NCBI GenBank assembly: GCA_951406725.2
Contig: OX597815.1
Location: 6,076,001 to 6,140,000 of the forward strand
DNA length: 64,000 nucleotides
Direction: 5' to 3'
Origin: Octopus vulgaris
Taxonomy: Eukaryota
The notes beneath the pieces are model-generated. The model was given only the letters and a program-made list of their open reading frames with translations. It made no database searches and was not told the origin of the DNA. Each line of letters starts with the position of its first letter. Positions within the stretch are counted from its first letter, which is position 1. Made by a program: the position numbers and the translations under genes. Shown piece after piece: positions 12,771 through 27,284 of the stretch.

Positions 12771-14914
12771 TCAGTGTGAAATATTGTATCTGTAGTTTGG
12801 TTGAGAACTTTAATGGTCAATTGTCGAGATTTGGACCCCTTGGATAAGCTCCCACCCCGGCGGCGGGGCGGGGTCAATACAAACTATTTTACCGACTCCT
12901 GATCTACACAGAAAAGTGATACCGAATATGCTATTATTTACATAGATCTAACATTAAAACTTGTATCATCTACATGGAGAGGTGACGCCATTCATTAATG
13001 TACAGGGCAAAGATTAGGGGTGACATAACCGAACCTTCATCACCCCAAGATTAATAGAATGTGAGGCGTAGAGAGAGTCCCAGCAATGTACCCTGACCGA
13101 ATAGATTTCATCAGCAGACGACAGTTTCGTCAAGAGATTTTCCGGTTGCTTAACCTTGAATTCTTAGAAACCTTTTCATGTAGTGAATAATTAATCTAAA
13201 TATGTTCTTAATATAATGTATTTATGATATAAAAATGGAGTAACGGGGGGTAAAATAACACATCAGATTAACGATTACAGATAAAATAGCCTTCGCCATT
13301 GAACTGACAGAAATGATGCTTGCTTTAACAAGGAGTAAAATACAGCCAACGTCGTCTGTGAAAGAATATCGATCTGGATTATAAATATGAATAAAACTCA
13401 TAAAAATAATAGTTTCCCCTCCGTACAATCTCATCTATTATTATATTTGTGGAGCGTTGCTCCTTGCCACATCAATAAGACAAAGGTAAATGGAAATTTT
13501 TTAAAGTATGATTGTTGTTGTTGCTGTTATAGTTGTCGATATTATTTTTACTTTAACAGCACTTTTAGCAAAATCAGTTTCTGGTTTTTTTTTCCTTCTA
13601 ATAATGTAAACATACACACAAAACATATATATAATACACGAATGTGTCTGTGCGTATATATGTTCGCTTTTTAGCATTTCAAAAACGAACATGAAAGCGA
13701 TTTTACACATGGATCAGCTCAACTGATCACACAAGACACACATAAATTTCAAATATCCAAATTATATTACTTCAACAACTTCAATGTACATTTGTATATT
13801 AAAGTTGAGTGTGTATAATAGTTGCTTTCAGATTTTGTTTGAGCTGCGACCATACACAAGCATAGCTAAGCACTAAAAAAACAATTTACCCTGTTGTATA
13901 AATAAAGTAAAAGTAAAATAATAGAAACCCCGACATAGAGTTTACTTAAGTATATCAATCGTTAATTTTCAACGAGACATTTTCACGTGGTTAATGATTT
14001 GTTTATATATACCCAGTAACTATATAACGACACCATGTTGGGTATTTGTGTTGGTCCATCTCTGAATGAACATTTCTACCGCAATATTTTGCTTGCAAAG
14101 CAGGCAAAACAATAAAATTGGATGCAATCTATTTGATTATACTCGATGTAACTAGTCGGCTGCAATTTCAAACTGGTCGGCTGCCGATCGTTAACAGCAG
14201 ATGATGTGGCGGCTTGTTGACTTTGCAATCAGTTATATCACGTGATAACAGTTATTTCTCAAGCGCCATTTTATTCGTCTCTGACTTACCGTTTCGATTT
14301 ATGGCAAACAGCAGACTAAAAAAGAAAATCGACCAGAGATTCATTATAAACGACTTCTAGAAGCAAACGAAATAAGTTTTCTTAGAAGTAGGATAAGAAA
14401 CGAGTAGTAAACCTGCTGCTAGCAATCAAGTAATTAACTGTGAATAATGCTGTAAGCCATATAAGTGGAGCTGACAAATGATGACAAAATGAACACTAAA
14501 GATGGAGACATCATCTTAAAATGACACTGTTTGATTAAGCGAGGATGCCATTAGCTTCCGTTTCAACCTGAATAAGCTTTATAAGATCTAACCGTTCAAC
14601 GCTAAATCATAAAATCTATTTTAATTCGAACGCTGTTAAAAAATACCGTGATAAATGTAACCGACATTTGCACTTCTTTAAAATATGACTTCTATCTATT
14701 AACTTGTTTCAGTCATTGGACTACGTCCATGCTGGGGCACCGCCTTCAAAGATTTTTTTCGTACTTTAGCCCAACAAATCGATTTCAGTACTTATTTTTT
14801 TAATCTACTTATTCTGTTTATCTCTTTTAACGAAAGCTAAGTCACGGGTACGTAAACATACGAACACCGGTTATGAAGCTGTGGATAAACACTGACACAA
14901 AAGCACACGCACTT

Positions 14915-14955
<41 letters not shown>

Positions 14956-15366
14956 TGATTTAGGAAGTAGAAGATGGATTTGGTATGGGTCTTTATTTTG
15001 TACGACGATCGATCCACCCTACAAGTATCTATTATGAGGGGGATTCTATGCACCATTTTGTGTTTCATCCATTTTGCAACCTGGGTCACATCAGGTACAT
15101 TCGTACATAAGGTGGTGCCTCGCTAAATATCTTGGGTTTGGGCAGTCATATCATTACTTGCCCGCTTCAGTAAGGGCAAATAATAACATCACTGGCCATC
15201 TTCTGTTTTCTGAATCGATTATTATCTCAACTAACGCTGCCGAATTCCTGAAGTAGATCCAAAGGAAATATACCCCAACTGCGGATGACACCAGGTAGCC
15301 CAAAACTGTGCCAGTGCTTTACTCAACACATCAGCACACTAACTGACATATACCCATTAGTCCAAA

Positions 15367-15433
<67 letters not shown>

Positions 15434-15591
15434 TAATATATGTCAAAATGAGGTTGGAAAAAATCTGGTGTTATTTATTCACCATTACACGTGTTTCATT
15501 TGCTAATGGGAGGTACAAAATTGTAAGTGTAGGAGAAACATGTAAAATATCCCTTATCAGAAATTCTTTAGAGAGAGAGGATTAAATGAAT

Positions 15592-15677
<86 letters not shown>

Positions 15678-15719
15678 CAGATAGACAGATAGACAGACAG
15701 ACAGACAGACAGATAGATA

Positions 15720-17548
15720 TTAGCCATACAGGGCTGCACACAGACGGGACAAATTACAAGGTAGAGCTTTTCTTTTTGGGGACAAAAAAGGGGGTTTGGT
15801 TTTCGATCAAAAGGGATCGTAAAAAGAAAGAAAGAGGAAAGCAAAAAAAGGGAGGATAAGAATAAAAGGAAAAAGAAAAAAAAATCGATCAATAGGGATC
15901 GTTATCACAGAAATGTCAATATAAAGTGTAAAGGGGAGGACAGGTGAGGTTTACCTGTGGAAAGAAAAACCTATGGAAAAGACCACGGTAACCTCGGTCA
16001 ATAATGTCACATGTTACCACATTTATTTGCAAGTAAATAACTCTGTTTTAATTTTTTCCGGGTTCATAGGATCATGCCCAAGGTGGCTTCGTCATTCATA
16101 TGTGCCATCCTTGCTACATTCACCCATCTTTTTTTTAAACATTCGCTAGACAAAACTTGCCTCTTAACTCTCACTTTCCTTTTTCAAGTGATACTTGAAG
16201 AAGTTGATGAGAGATTGACCAGAGAGGAAAGTGCTTGTCTCTAATCCTTTCAGACGCGTCCACCAGATACATTCTTTCGCCATAGCCACAAGGATGATGA
16301 AAATAGCTCTTCCTTCCCGTTTGAAGGAAGGAGGCGTGACGATATTGACGATAGACTCGCTGATAAACCGACACGTCCCACACGTGACAGCAGTCGTTCG
16401 ACATAAGCCCACAGGTGGGAAATTGTTGGACACTGCACGAGTGCGTGCAGAACGGTTTCGTCGCTCTAACCGCATCTGGGGCAGGTCGGCCCCGTGTTTC
16501 TCGAGCCGTGTCTGTAGAGCTTATCCCGAACGGGTAGCGCTTCACGGTAGCACTGCCAGGCCAGGAATCTCTGGAAGTTGTCCATAGGTCCCGGCCCGAA
16601 AGTCGTCTTGAACAGGCAGGTCAGGTATTCCTCGTCGACGCCCAGGTTCGCCCCGGGCTCGACGTCGTACCTCCCCTCCACTAATCCCCTATAGAATGCT
16701 TTGGTTGCGTTGAAGTCACTCAAGGTCGACCCGGGACGGCAGAGTTGCTTGAGAGCAACGCGACACTCGCGGTGCCATTCGCCCTTCCTCGGCCTCTTTT
16801 TGATCCACGACTGCAGTTCGGTCATGGAGACGAGTTGCGGGAAAGCGTGCCTCACAAACGGCGACCACACCTGTTCACCGTCGTCTACGTAGAGCCAGAG
16901 ATGTCGCAGTCTCAGCACGTGTCTGCGCATCATCAACCACGGCATGCCCAGCCCTCCTTTTAGCGGGTGTTGACAGCAAATGGATCGCCTGACCATCGGG
17001 ACGCATCCTTTCCACAAGAAGCGAAAGAAAATGTGTTCTAGTTTGATGATGGTAAGGTCGGGACAAGGCACGACGGTCAGGCGGTAGTAGATGAAGGACG
17101 CGATGTACGAGTTTGCCACCTCCGCCCGACCTTTTAGGGACAGTTTCCTCTCGGCCCACTGCCGGGCGAGAGTGACCGCCCTACTCGTTATCTCGTTCCA
17201 GTTTTTCTCCATTTGGAGGTCCGGACCAAACCAGACCCCGAGCAACTCGACCGGACCGTCGGTCCAGCGTCTCACGGCGGAGGCGCTGGTGTACGGCATG
17301 GGCTTGCTTCTCCAGGTGCCAAGTCGCAAGCCCACTGACTTTTCCCGGTTAATTTTTGCTCCTGTCACCGCTTCGTAGTCTTTCAGTGTCTCGCCGACCA
17401 GGTCGATGTGTTCGTGGCTAGACACTATGACGGTGACGTCGTCCGCGTATGCAGACACGCTCGTCCCGCATCCCAATTCTCGCGGGATGCCTCTCAGAGT
17501 TGCCAGCTTCCGCAATAATGGTTCGAGAGTCAATACGTAGAGAAGCGA
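15720..17548 (-). mobile_element. 5'-truncated L1/Tx1-clade non-LTR retrotransposon inserted in (GATA)n
   Basis: RT motif VSAYADD, thumb LLGVWF, GGLG motif, C-terminal CPRC..ETVLH..C zinc knuckle; GATA repeats abut both ends. Confidence 0.9.
16060..17548 (-). pseudogene. Tx1-like ORF2 remnant (RT C-terminal half plus zinc knuckle); stop at 16466-16468 and later frameshifts
   Basis: ORF 16466..17533 (355 aa) continues in ORFs 16250..16438 and 16164..16475; downstream end approximate. Confidence 0.85.
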
Positions 17549-18149
17549 GATAGATAGATAGATAGGTTGGGGTGGGTTGCAGCTGCCTACCTCGGTTGGT
17601 ATGGCATCGAGGTAGATACAGCCACCCTCGTTAACGGGGACAAAACCCGGATATAAAACACTGGATGATGATGATGATGATATACATATATATACAAAGA
17701 AACATACATCAATATGCTTGCATGTTTGTGCTGTTGCTGTACTTTGGGAGGGTCATTTTGCTAATAAAAGCACGCGCCTTTTTGTTTTCTTATAATTAAT
17801 CATCTACTTAACTAATTAACTAATCTGTTTCTCGACTAATCGCTTGATTAATCCATCAATTAGTTTGATAGAGTCCTTTGGTCGCCCTCTGTGACATCAT
17901 CTATGACGCATCCTCGTCCATTCCAGGTACAACGTCTGTTTTATTACACGATTTCACACAGGGAGACTTTTGCACGGCCATTGCTGTCGATAAATGAGTC
18001 ACCGTTGATTCGATTCGTCTCAGAATCCTTACAAATCGGAGTTACAGTTTATTGTTAAACATTTCCACTGAATGCAACTTCCGTTGTTTAACGTACTTAA
18101 TGGCACAAAAGATGCACCGCAATTTCAGCAGCGAATAGTCAGGTAAAGA

Positions 18150-18307
18150 GAGGAAGATAAGAAAAGAAAGAAAGAAAGAAAGAAAGAAAGAACAAAAGAA
18201 AGAAAGAAAGAAAGAAAGAAAAAAGAAAGAAAGAAAGTTAGATAGAAAGAAAGAAAGAAAGAAAAAAGAAAGAAAGTTAGATAGAAGAAAAGAAAGAAAG
18301 AAAGAAA

Positions 18308-18352
<45 letters not shown>

Positions 18353-18565
18353 AAAAAGAAAGAGAAAAAGAAAAATAAGAAAGAAAGAAAGAAAGAAGAA
18401 AGAAAGAACGAATGAAAGAAAGAAAGAAAGAAAGAAAGAAAGAAAAAGAAAAGAAAGAAAGAAAGAAAGAAAGAAAGGAAAGGAAAGAAAGAAAGGAAAA
18501 GAAAGAAAGAAAGAAAGAAAGAAAAAAGAAAGAAAGGAAAAGGTAGGAAAGAAAAAGAGAAAAAT

Positions 18566-18604
<39 letters not shown>

Positions 18605-18632
18605 GAAAAAGATAGGAAAGAAGGAAGAAAGG
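18150..18632. repeat. (GAAA)n polypurine tract
   Basis: Direct reading. Confidence 0.95.
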
Positions 18633-18869
18633 GAGCATTAAAATTTTGGACCTGGGGAGATTTTTTTTTAGACATTTATTTTATTTATTTTTTATCTTCT
18701 ACGTTTCTTCTTTTACTTGTTTCAGTCATTAGACTGCGGCCATGCTGGGGCACCGCCTTGAAGTATTTTTAGTCGAATGAATCGACCACAGTGCTTTTTG
18801 TTTTAAAGCTTCATACCTATTCTATCGGTGTCTTTTGCTAAACCGCTAAGTTACGGGGACTCTATAACC

Positions 18870-19308
18870 TCACAAAATTTGGTGGGTGCGGGGCCAGTCA
18901 ATTACATCGACCCCAGTATGCAACTGGTGCTTAATTTATCGACCCCGAAAGGATGAAAGGCAAAGTTGACCTCGGCGGAATTTGAACCCAGAACGTAAAG
19001 ACAGACGAAATACAGCTAAGCATTTCGCCCGGCGTGCTAACGATTCTGCCAGCTTGCTGCCTTAGAATCCCTATGAATATTCTTGTCTACTCAAGACACA
19101 AGACCCGAGATTTTAGAGGAAGGGGCCAGTCGATTAGATCGACCCCAGTACGCAACTGGTACGCAACTGGTACTTAATTTATCGATCCCGAAAGGAAGAA
19201 AAGCAAAGTCGACCTCGGCAGAATTTGAACTCAGAACGTAAAGATAAATGAAATTCCGCTAAGTATTTCATCTGGCGTGCTAACGATTCTGCCAACTCAC
19301 CGCCTTTA
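18870..19308 (-). mobile_element. Two tandem SINE family D units, preceded by a family A tail fragment (~18708-18860)
   Basis: Shared D core; ends CTGCCAGCTTGCTGCCTTA and CTGCCAACTCACCGCCTTT. Confidence 0.8.
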
Positions 19309-19407
19309 AACCAAATCAAAGACTATTGCAGCTCGGACTATAATTATCCGATTACTATCTCCTTTTAATTTAACGGGGTTGGTAACGTGTGTTTTTTGTG
19401 GGAGACT

Positions 19408-19473
19408 GGGTGGTGGTGGTGGTGGTGGTGATGGTGGTGGTGGTGACGATGGCGATGATGATGATGGTGGTGA

Positions 19474-19510
<37 letters not shown>

Positions 19511-19590
19511 GATGATGGTGGTGATGGTGATGGTGGTGGTGGTGGTGGTGGTGGTGGTGGTGGTGGTGGTGGTGACGATGGCGATGATGA

Positions 19591-19624
<34 letters not shown>

Positions 19625-19760
19625 GGTGGTGGTGGTGCGATGGCGATGATGATGATGATGATGATGATGATGATAACAATGATGACAATGATTGCGATGA
19701 TGATGATGATGATGATGATGATGACGGTGATGATGATGATGATGATGGTGACAATGATGG
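19408..19760. repeat. (GGT)n/(GAT)n trinucleotide array
   Basis: Direct reading. Confidence 0.95.
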
Positions 19761-20137
19761 TAAGGTGTGGTTCGAGGGAGATTTCGTTGCTATTTCCTTT
19801 ACAGGTGAGGGGCGATCGTGTATGTCGGTTTCGTTGGCAGCTTTCCTTTTTTTTTTCTTTTTTTTTTTAATCGAATTGGATTCCCGTCTGGCAATCCTGT
19901 TTGCGTCTTGTCATATTCTATTGATATTCTATCGATCGTGTTCTACGAAAAGGCCATTAACCCATCTTACATAGAACATACTATCGATCAGTTACGATGA
20001 CCATCCTAGGGTAATTAGTTTCAGTCACGCCACGGGGTTACTAGATCAAGTTTCAGGGTTGTTTGACCACACCAGCTTCGTCATACACGCTTCCTTCTTG
20101 TCTTGCTTTATTCTCAAGATTCAATATGTCAAAGGTC

Positions 20138-20522
20138 GTGGAGCCGCAATGGCCCAGTGGTTAGGGCAGCGGAGTCGCGGTCGTAGGATCGCGGTTTCGA
20201 TTCCCAGACCGGGCGTTGTGAGTGTTTATTGAGCAAAAACACCTAAAAGCACCACGAGGCTCCAGCAGGGGACGGTGGTGATCCCTGCTGTACTCTTTCA
20301 CCACAACTTTCTCTCACTCTTACTTCCTGTTTCTGTTGTACCTGTATTTCAAAGGGCCGGCCTTGTCACTCTCTGTGTCACGCTGAATATCCCCGAGAAC
20401 TACGTTAAGGGTGCACGTGTCTGTGGAGTGCTCAGCCACTTACACGTTAATTTCACGAGCAGGCTGTTCCGTTGATTCGGATCAACCGGAACCCTCATCG
20501 TCGTAACCGACGGAGTGCTTCC
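20138..20522 (+). mobile_element. tRNA-derived SINE (family C), full-length with 12-bp TSD
   Basis: A box TGGCCCAGTGG, B box GGTTTCGATTCC; TSD ATGTCAAAGGTC at 20126 and 20523. Confidence 0.92.
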
Positions 20523-20622
20523 ATGTCAAAGGTCACTTCCTGATACCGACCTTCCTCTCTTGAATAATTTCATTAACAGCCTTAATCAACAAAGAAACTT
20601 ACAAGGTCTGGATATATGGGTG

Positions 20623-21082
<460 letters not shown>

Positions 21083-21138
21083 TATATGCAAATTTTGAAG
21101 AATGCAATTCGATTTTGAGTTATTTTTTCAAAGCTATA

Positions 21139-21250
21139 ATGGAAGTGACAAAGGAGCAGATTCAACATATTTTGCTTCATGAGTTCAATAAAGGCAACAA
21201 CGCAACGGAAATTCCGAGGAATATTAATGCAGTCTGTGGGGATTGGACAA
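21139..21250 (+). pseudogene. Mariner transposase N-terminal HTH fragment
   Basis: [35 protein letters not shown] resembles the Mos1-type HTH start. Confidence 0.75.
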
Positions 21251-21382
21251 CGGGAACGTGAAACTCAGGGTCAAAGATTTTTGTGATGTTTTTGCAGCTT
21301 AAAAAACAAAAAGCATATTACTCTACCTTCGGTATTCGAGTACTATCTTATCCACCTTGTTTTGCATTTATGTGTTTACTCG
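21250..21382 (+). mobile_element. Single arm of the 48435-family hammerhead element (core disrupted)
   Basis: ACG-GGAA-CGU-GAAAC-UCAGG-GUC then GCATATTACTCTACC...TTATGTGTTTACTC, homologous to 48590-48720. Confidence 0.7.
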
Positions 21383-21397
21383 TGTGTGTGTATATAT

Positions 21398-21806
<409 letters not shown>

Positions 21807-22165
21807 CATACGTACATACATCGATATTTTAATCTAAAGCTGTTTGTTTCAAGTTCGTATATTAATTCAACTGATTGTATATTTTCTTCAACAAACAGAA
21901 GATAGATGAAAGCTGTAACTAACTGTGACAGATAAAGGAAATTCGACGACGTAGAACTTGTAAAAAAAAATTAATATCAACCAACAGCAACAACGACAAC
22001 AACAATATAACAATGCATAGAAACACCAGGGACACAAACTGTGTGCCGACAATAATGTTTCCAAACGCTGTTGTTTATTGGTTGCTTTAATTATCCAACC
22101 AAAATGTCGTTATCAGTTGAAGCTCGGTCGTCGAAGATGAAAACCAGAGACGAAATCTTTCGATT

Positions 22166-22364
22166 CTTTTATTTGTTTCAGTCATTTGACAGCGGCCATG
22201 CTGGAGCACCGCCTTTAGTCGAACAAATCGACCCCCACGACTTATTATGTGTAAGCCTAGTACTTATTCTATCGGTTTCTTTTGCCGAACCGCCTAAGTT
22301 ACGGGGGACATAAACACCAGCATCGGTTTTTAAACGATGGTGGGGGACAAACACAGACACACAA

Positions 22365-22417
<53 letters not shown>

Positions 22418-22955
22418 TACACACACATCTAGCCACTAAACCATTTTTTTATTGTCTCTGTTTATTTCTGTGTTTCTTTCTATTGAAGAGCGTTAAACTA
22501 AAACTTATACATCTCGTTGTTGTTTACACACCCGTCTTCGTCTTTTGTTTTGTTTTGTTTTTTTTGTAAATTCCAACTATATATATATATATACGACGGG
22601 CTTCTTTCAGTTTCCGTCTACCAAATCCACTCACAAGGCTTTGGTCGGCCCGAGGCAAAAGTAGAAGACACTTGCGCAAGGTGGCACGCAGTGGGACTGA
22701 AACCGGAACCATGTGGTTGGTATGCGTGTGTATGTGTTTGTGTCTGTGTTTGCTCCCCCACCCCCAACATCACTTGACAACCAATGCTGGTGTGTTTTCG
22801 ACCCCGTAACATAGCGGTTCGGCAAAAATGACCGATAGAATAAGTACTAGGCTTACAAAGAATAAGTCCTGGGGGTCTATTTGCTCGACTAAAGGCCGTG
22901 CTCCAGCATGGCCACAGTCAAATGACTGAAACAAGTAAAAGAATAAAAGAATAAA
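22166..22955. mobile_element. Inverted family A SINE composite (minus copy 22166-22720; plus 3' half ~22725-22955) with nested Penelope-like fragment ~22430-22578
   Basis: Tails point outward at both ends; insert is homologous to 21571-21761 with the hammerhead partly deleted. Confidence 0.75.
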
Positions 22956-22958
22956 ATA

Positions 22959-23062
<104 letters not shown>

Positions 23063-23306
23063 TTAAATGGGATTTAGAAATCAGACCGATTTCCTCATTT
23101 CATGATTTTTTATCTTTATCTGACGAGATAAATTTCGGACGATATGTAATACGTTGTAATATTAAACAATCATTTATATTCACGATGACTCTGAACCATC
23201 TGGTGTTGAAACGATCGTAATGAAAAAATAAATCTTACACCTACGCCTCCGATTTTCAACTTATCATATACACGTGACTGTAGCACTATGTCATTATATT
23301 GGTAAT

Positions 23307-23693
23307 GTGGAGGCGCAATGGCCCAATGGTTAGGGCAGCGGACTCGCGGTCGTAGGATCGCGGTTTCGATTCCCAGACCGGGCGTTGTGAGTGTTTATTG
23401 AGCGAAAACACCTAAAAAACCTCCACGAGGCTCCGGCAGGGGATGGTGGTGATCCCTGCTGTACTCTTTCACCACAACTTTCTCTCACTCTTACTTCCTG
23501 TTTCTGTTGTACCTGTATTTCAAAGGGCCGGCCTTGTCACTCTCTGTGTCACGCTGAATATCCCCGAGAACTACGTTAAGGGTGCACGTGTCTGTGGAGT
23601 GCTCAGCCACTTACACGTTAATTTCACGAGCAGGCTGTTCCGTTGATTCGGATCAACCGGAACCCTCGTCGTCGTAACCGACGGAGTGCTTCC
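23307..23693 (+). mobile_element. SINE family C, full-length with TSD
   Basis: Near-identical to 20138-20522; TSD ATATTGGTAAT / ATATTGGTGAT. Confidence 0.92.
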
Positions 23694-23910
23694 ATATTGG
23701 TGATGTATCATTACTGAGGTAACTTATCATTACTATGCCAGTGTATCATTACAGAGAATATGTGTCATTACAGTGGTAATAAGTCATTGCTGTAGGTTAT
23801 TATTCCCTGTCTATCGTTATTTGCGAACATCATCTAATAATATTAGATTACCTTAGTAATACTCCAGGTATTTCTTCATTGTAATCTTCTTAGAAGTTCT
23901 CAATATATTG

Positions 23911-23911
<1 letters not shown>

Positions 23912-23980
<69 letters not shown>

Positions 23981-23987
23981 TCACACA

Positions 23988-24022
<35 letters not shown>

Positions 24023-24073
24023 TCACACACACACACACACACACACACATTCACACAAACACACACACACACA

Positions 24074-24144
<71 letters not shown>

Positions 24145-24549
24145 ACACACACACACATTCACACACACACATACTTAGACACATTTGCATGCATTTACAC
24201 ACATAGACACACTCACGTACACAGACACATTCATAACTTCCCAGCCTCACAGACAAACCTCCACATGCATACACACACACACACACACACACACATACTG
24301 ACACTCGCATCGACGCACCCCTATGCATATACTTACATACACACTCCCATTCACGCGCGCATACACGTGCACATGCACACACGCACAAACATACATACAT
24401 ACACACACGCACACACACATATATATTTTCACACACACACACACACACAAACGCACATCATATTCTCACGCTCGAACGAAGAGTGACAAAGTTACTTTAT
24501 ACGTGGCCTAACGTACACACATTCTCAATCACACATCTACGTACTCACT

Positions 24550-24600
<51 letters not shown>
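23912..24600. repeat. (CA)n field
   Basis: Direct reading. Confidence 0.9.
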
Positions 24601-24819
24601 TTAGACACTACACAAAAACTAAGTTAATGAAGGCGATCTGTCTACGTTGGCAACTGTAATTTGCAGCTGAAAAACATTGGCAGAACTTCAAAATATGATG
24701 TTATGAAACAAGTAGAGACCTAAGTGAACTCTAGCGAGAATAAACAGTCTGTGACTTTAAAAGTGCTACAACGTTGGCTAATTGAAAGTATTCCACCGAC
24801 AGGTAACGATTCCCCACTA

Positions 24820-25950
24820 TTACACAACCTTACACCGTCTAGCACGATCTAACCTCACATGCTTTAGTACGGCCTAACACGGCCAAGCGGAGCCTAATAC
24901 AGCTTCACGCGGTCTAACACGATTTAACGGCATCACACGACCTCATACGTTCTAACACGGCCTTATACAGCCTAAGACAGCCTCCTGCAGTCTGATATAA
25001 CTTAACACAGTTTAACACGGCCTATCACAGCCTCACATGCTCTAACATGGCCTATCACAGCCTCACATGCTCTAACATGGCCTATCACAGCCTCACATGC
25101 TCTAACAGCATCTCGAAAGAGTCCGGAAGCTGGCTACCCGCATGGTTCTTGGTCTCAAGCATTTGTCTTATGAAGAAAGGCTGAAGACGCTCGACTTTTA
25201 TTCTCTAGAAAAACGACGTCGCCGTGGTGGTCTCATTCTTGCTCACAACATCATAAGCGGAAAGTGTAACCTCTCGAAAGAGCTGTTCTTCACTCCTGCT
25301 CCAGAGCGTCGGCTTCGGGGTCACTCCGAAAAGCTCTATCTGCGACGATTTCATCTCAATCGAAGGAGAGGGGCTTTCTCCGTCCGGGTTGCGGATCCGT
25401 GGAATAAGCTGCCGGACGAGATAGTGAAGATGCCGACGACCGCTCGGTTCAAAGTCTCCCTTGACCACAAGTGGCCTGAACTCTTTACATTAACACTACC
25501 CTATACATAACTCCATGTCCCCCTACATGGCCTTGCTTTTTGCTTTTTGAGCCAAAAAATTAACTAACTAACATAACCTAATATATCTTCACACGGTCTA
25601 ACATTGCCTCATGAGGTCTAATATGGCGTAATACAACTTCAAACGGCCCATATGCTTTACACGGTCTAACACAACCTCACACGGTCTAACACAACCTCAC
25701 TCGGTCTAACATAGCCTTACGAGGTCTAATGTAGCCTAATAAAACTTCAGATAGTCTAACAGCTTTACGCGGTGAAACACAGTCTCACGCGGTCTAACAT
25801 GGCCTAATAAGACCACACACGGTCTATAGGCTTTACATGGTCTAACACAGCCTCACCCGGTCTAACATAACCTGATACAGTCAAACAGTGCTTCACTCGG
25901 TCTAACACAGCCTCACACTAACATTTTCCCACAAGATTTAACACAACCTG
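24820..25950. repeat. Degenerate ~20/30-bp minisatellite (CACGGTCTAACACAGCCTCA-like), split by a CR1 insertion
   Basis: Recurrent GGTCTAACA; three tandem copies of CCTATCACAGCCTCACATGCTCTAAC at 25021-25106. Confidence 0.8.
25107..25572 (+). mobile_element. CR1-clade LINE 3' end (ORF2 C-terminus, 3' UTR, (TAAC)n tail)
   Basis: LSYEERLKTLDFYSLEKRRRRGGLI...LRGHSEKL...FSVRVADPWNKLP is the typical CR1 C-terminus; stop at 25510. Confidence 0.9.
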
Positions 25951-26504
25951 TATCTCTGCTTTTGATGGACTTTTTTCTACATTGATTAGTCTCTACTTAA
26001 GACCTTGTTCAGAGTCACAAAGACTGGTGGAAGACACTCTTTGGGGGTATCTGCGACGGTACTCGAAGTCTCTTCTTCAGTGAATCCGAGACTAGTGGGA
26101 GAAAGGATGGAAATTGTCTTTAGACTTGAGATATGACTTCGACGAGATCGAAATCAGAGTGTAAAGGGTTAAAAGAAATGTTGCAAAGCATTTTGATCGA
26201 CGCTCTTACGATTCCGCCAACTCACCGAATTATTTAAAGAACTGTGACGGATAAAAGGCAAAGTAGAGAACGTAGAGAACCGAAAGCAACAAGTTCCTGA
26301 GTTAGGTCTAGGACCAACGATTTTCAAGGGAAAGGATTAGTCGCTACTAACGACCCCTGTACTTGACTGCTACATTATTTTATCGACCTTGAAAGAATAA
26401 AAGGCAAAACCGACCTCGGCGGGATTTGAACTCACTGTAAAGAACCAGAAAGAGCAACAACAATCATGGTTTCTAAGTTAGGTACAAAACCAGTAGTTTT
26501 TTGG

Positions 26505-26735
26505 GGACGAGCTGGCAGAATCGTTAGCACGCCGGGCGAAATGCTTAGCGGTATTTCGTCTGCCGTTACGTTCTGAGTTCAAATTCCGCCGAGGTCGACT
26601 TTGCCTTTCATCCTTTCGGAGTCGATTAAAAAAGTACCAGTTACGCATTGGGGTCGATATAAGCGACTTAATCCGTTTGTCTATCCTTGTTTGTCCTCTC
26701 TGTGCTTAGCCCCTTGTGGGTAGTAAAGAAATAGG
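26505..26735 (+). mobile_element. SINE family D (diverged minus-strand relatives nearby, ~26090-26920)
   Basis: GAGCTGGCAGAATCGTTAGCACGCCGGGCGAAATGCTTAGCGG... Confidence 0.85.
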
Positions 26736-27284
26736 TTAGTCGATACTGACGACTTCTGGATTTGGCTGATCGATTTTGTTTTATCGACATCGGAAAGGAT
26801 AAAAAGATTAAGTTGATTTCAGTAGAATTTGAACTCAAAATATAAAGAACCAGAAAAAAAACATACCACAAAATGTTTCTTGTTTAACTTTCCGACGCTC
26901 AACCGATTCCGCCAAATCCGCTACCCTACAACATCGATAACAACAAGAACATCACCAACACATCAAAGCGGTTCTCAACTTATCTCCCCTTACATCCCAC
27001 TTTATCCAATCTTTCCGTAGTTCTCACAAAATACCGTTGGCAGCGAAACCGTGATTACCAAGCGGACTAATTAGCAAAGGTGGTGCTTAAAGCAATTAAT
27101 TTAACACCGTTAAATAACAACAGGCTCTTGATAATTCTTTAGAAACGGTTGGTTTGATAACATTTTCTTTTAGGATGTACTTCATAATTTTATTTTTCTT
27201 CTTGTATTTCCTTTAATATAGTCGTGAAAGGTCACGAAAACGTCTAGCGTTCCGGAATATGAAGATTTGGTCTAATTGACTGCA

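Noticed and set aside
15000-15365. Unique-looking segment with a possible CPY..H/C motif on the minus strand
   Set aside because: Multiple stops; no confident family assignment
20138-20210. tRNA-like sequence
   Set aside because: SINE head that continues into a repeat body with TSD; not a tRNA gene
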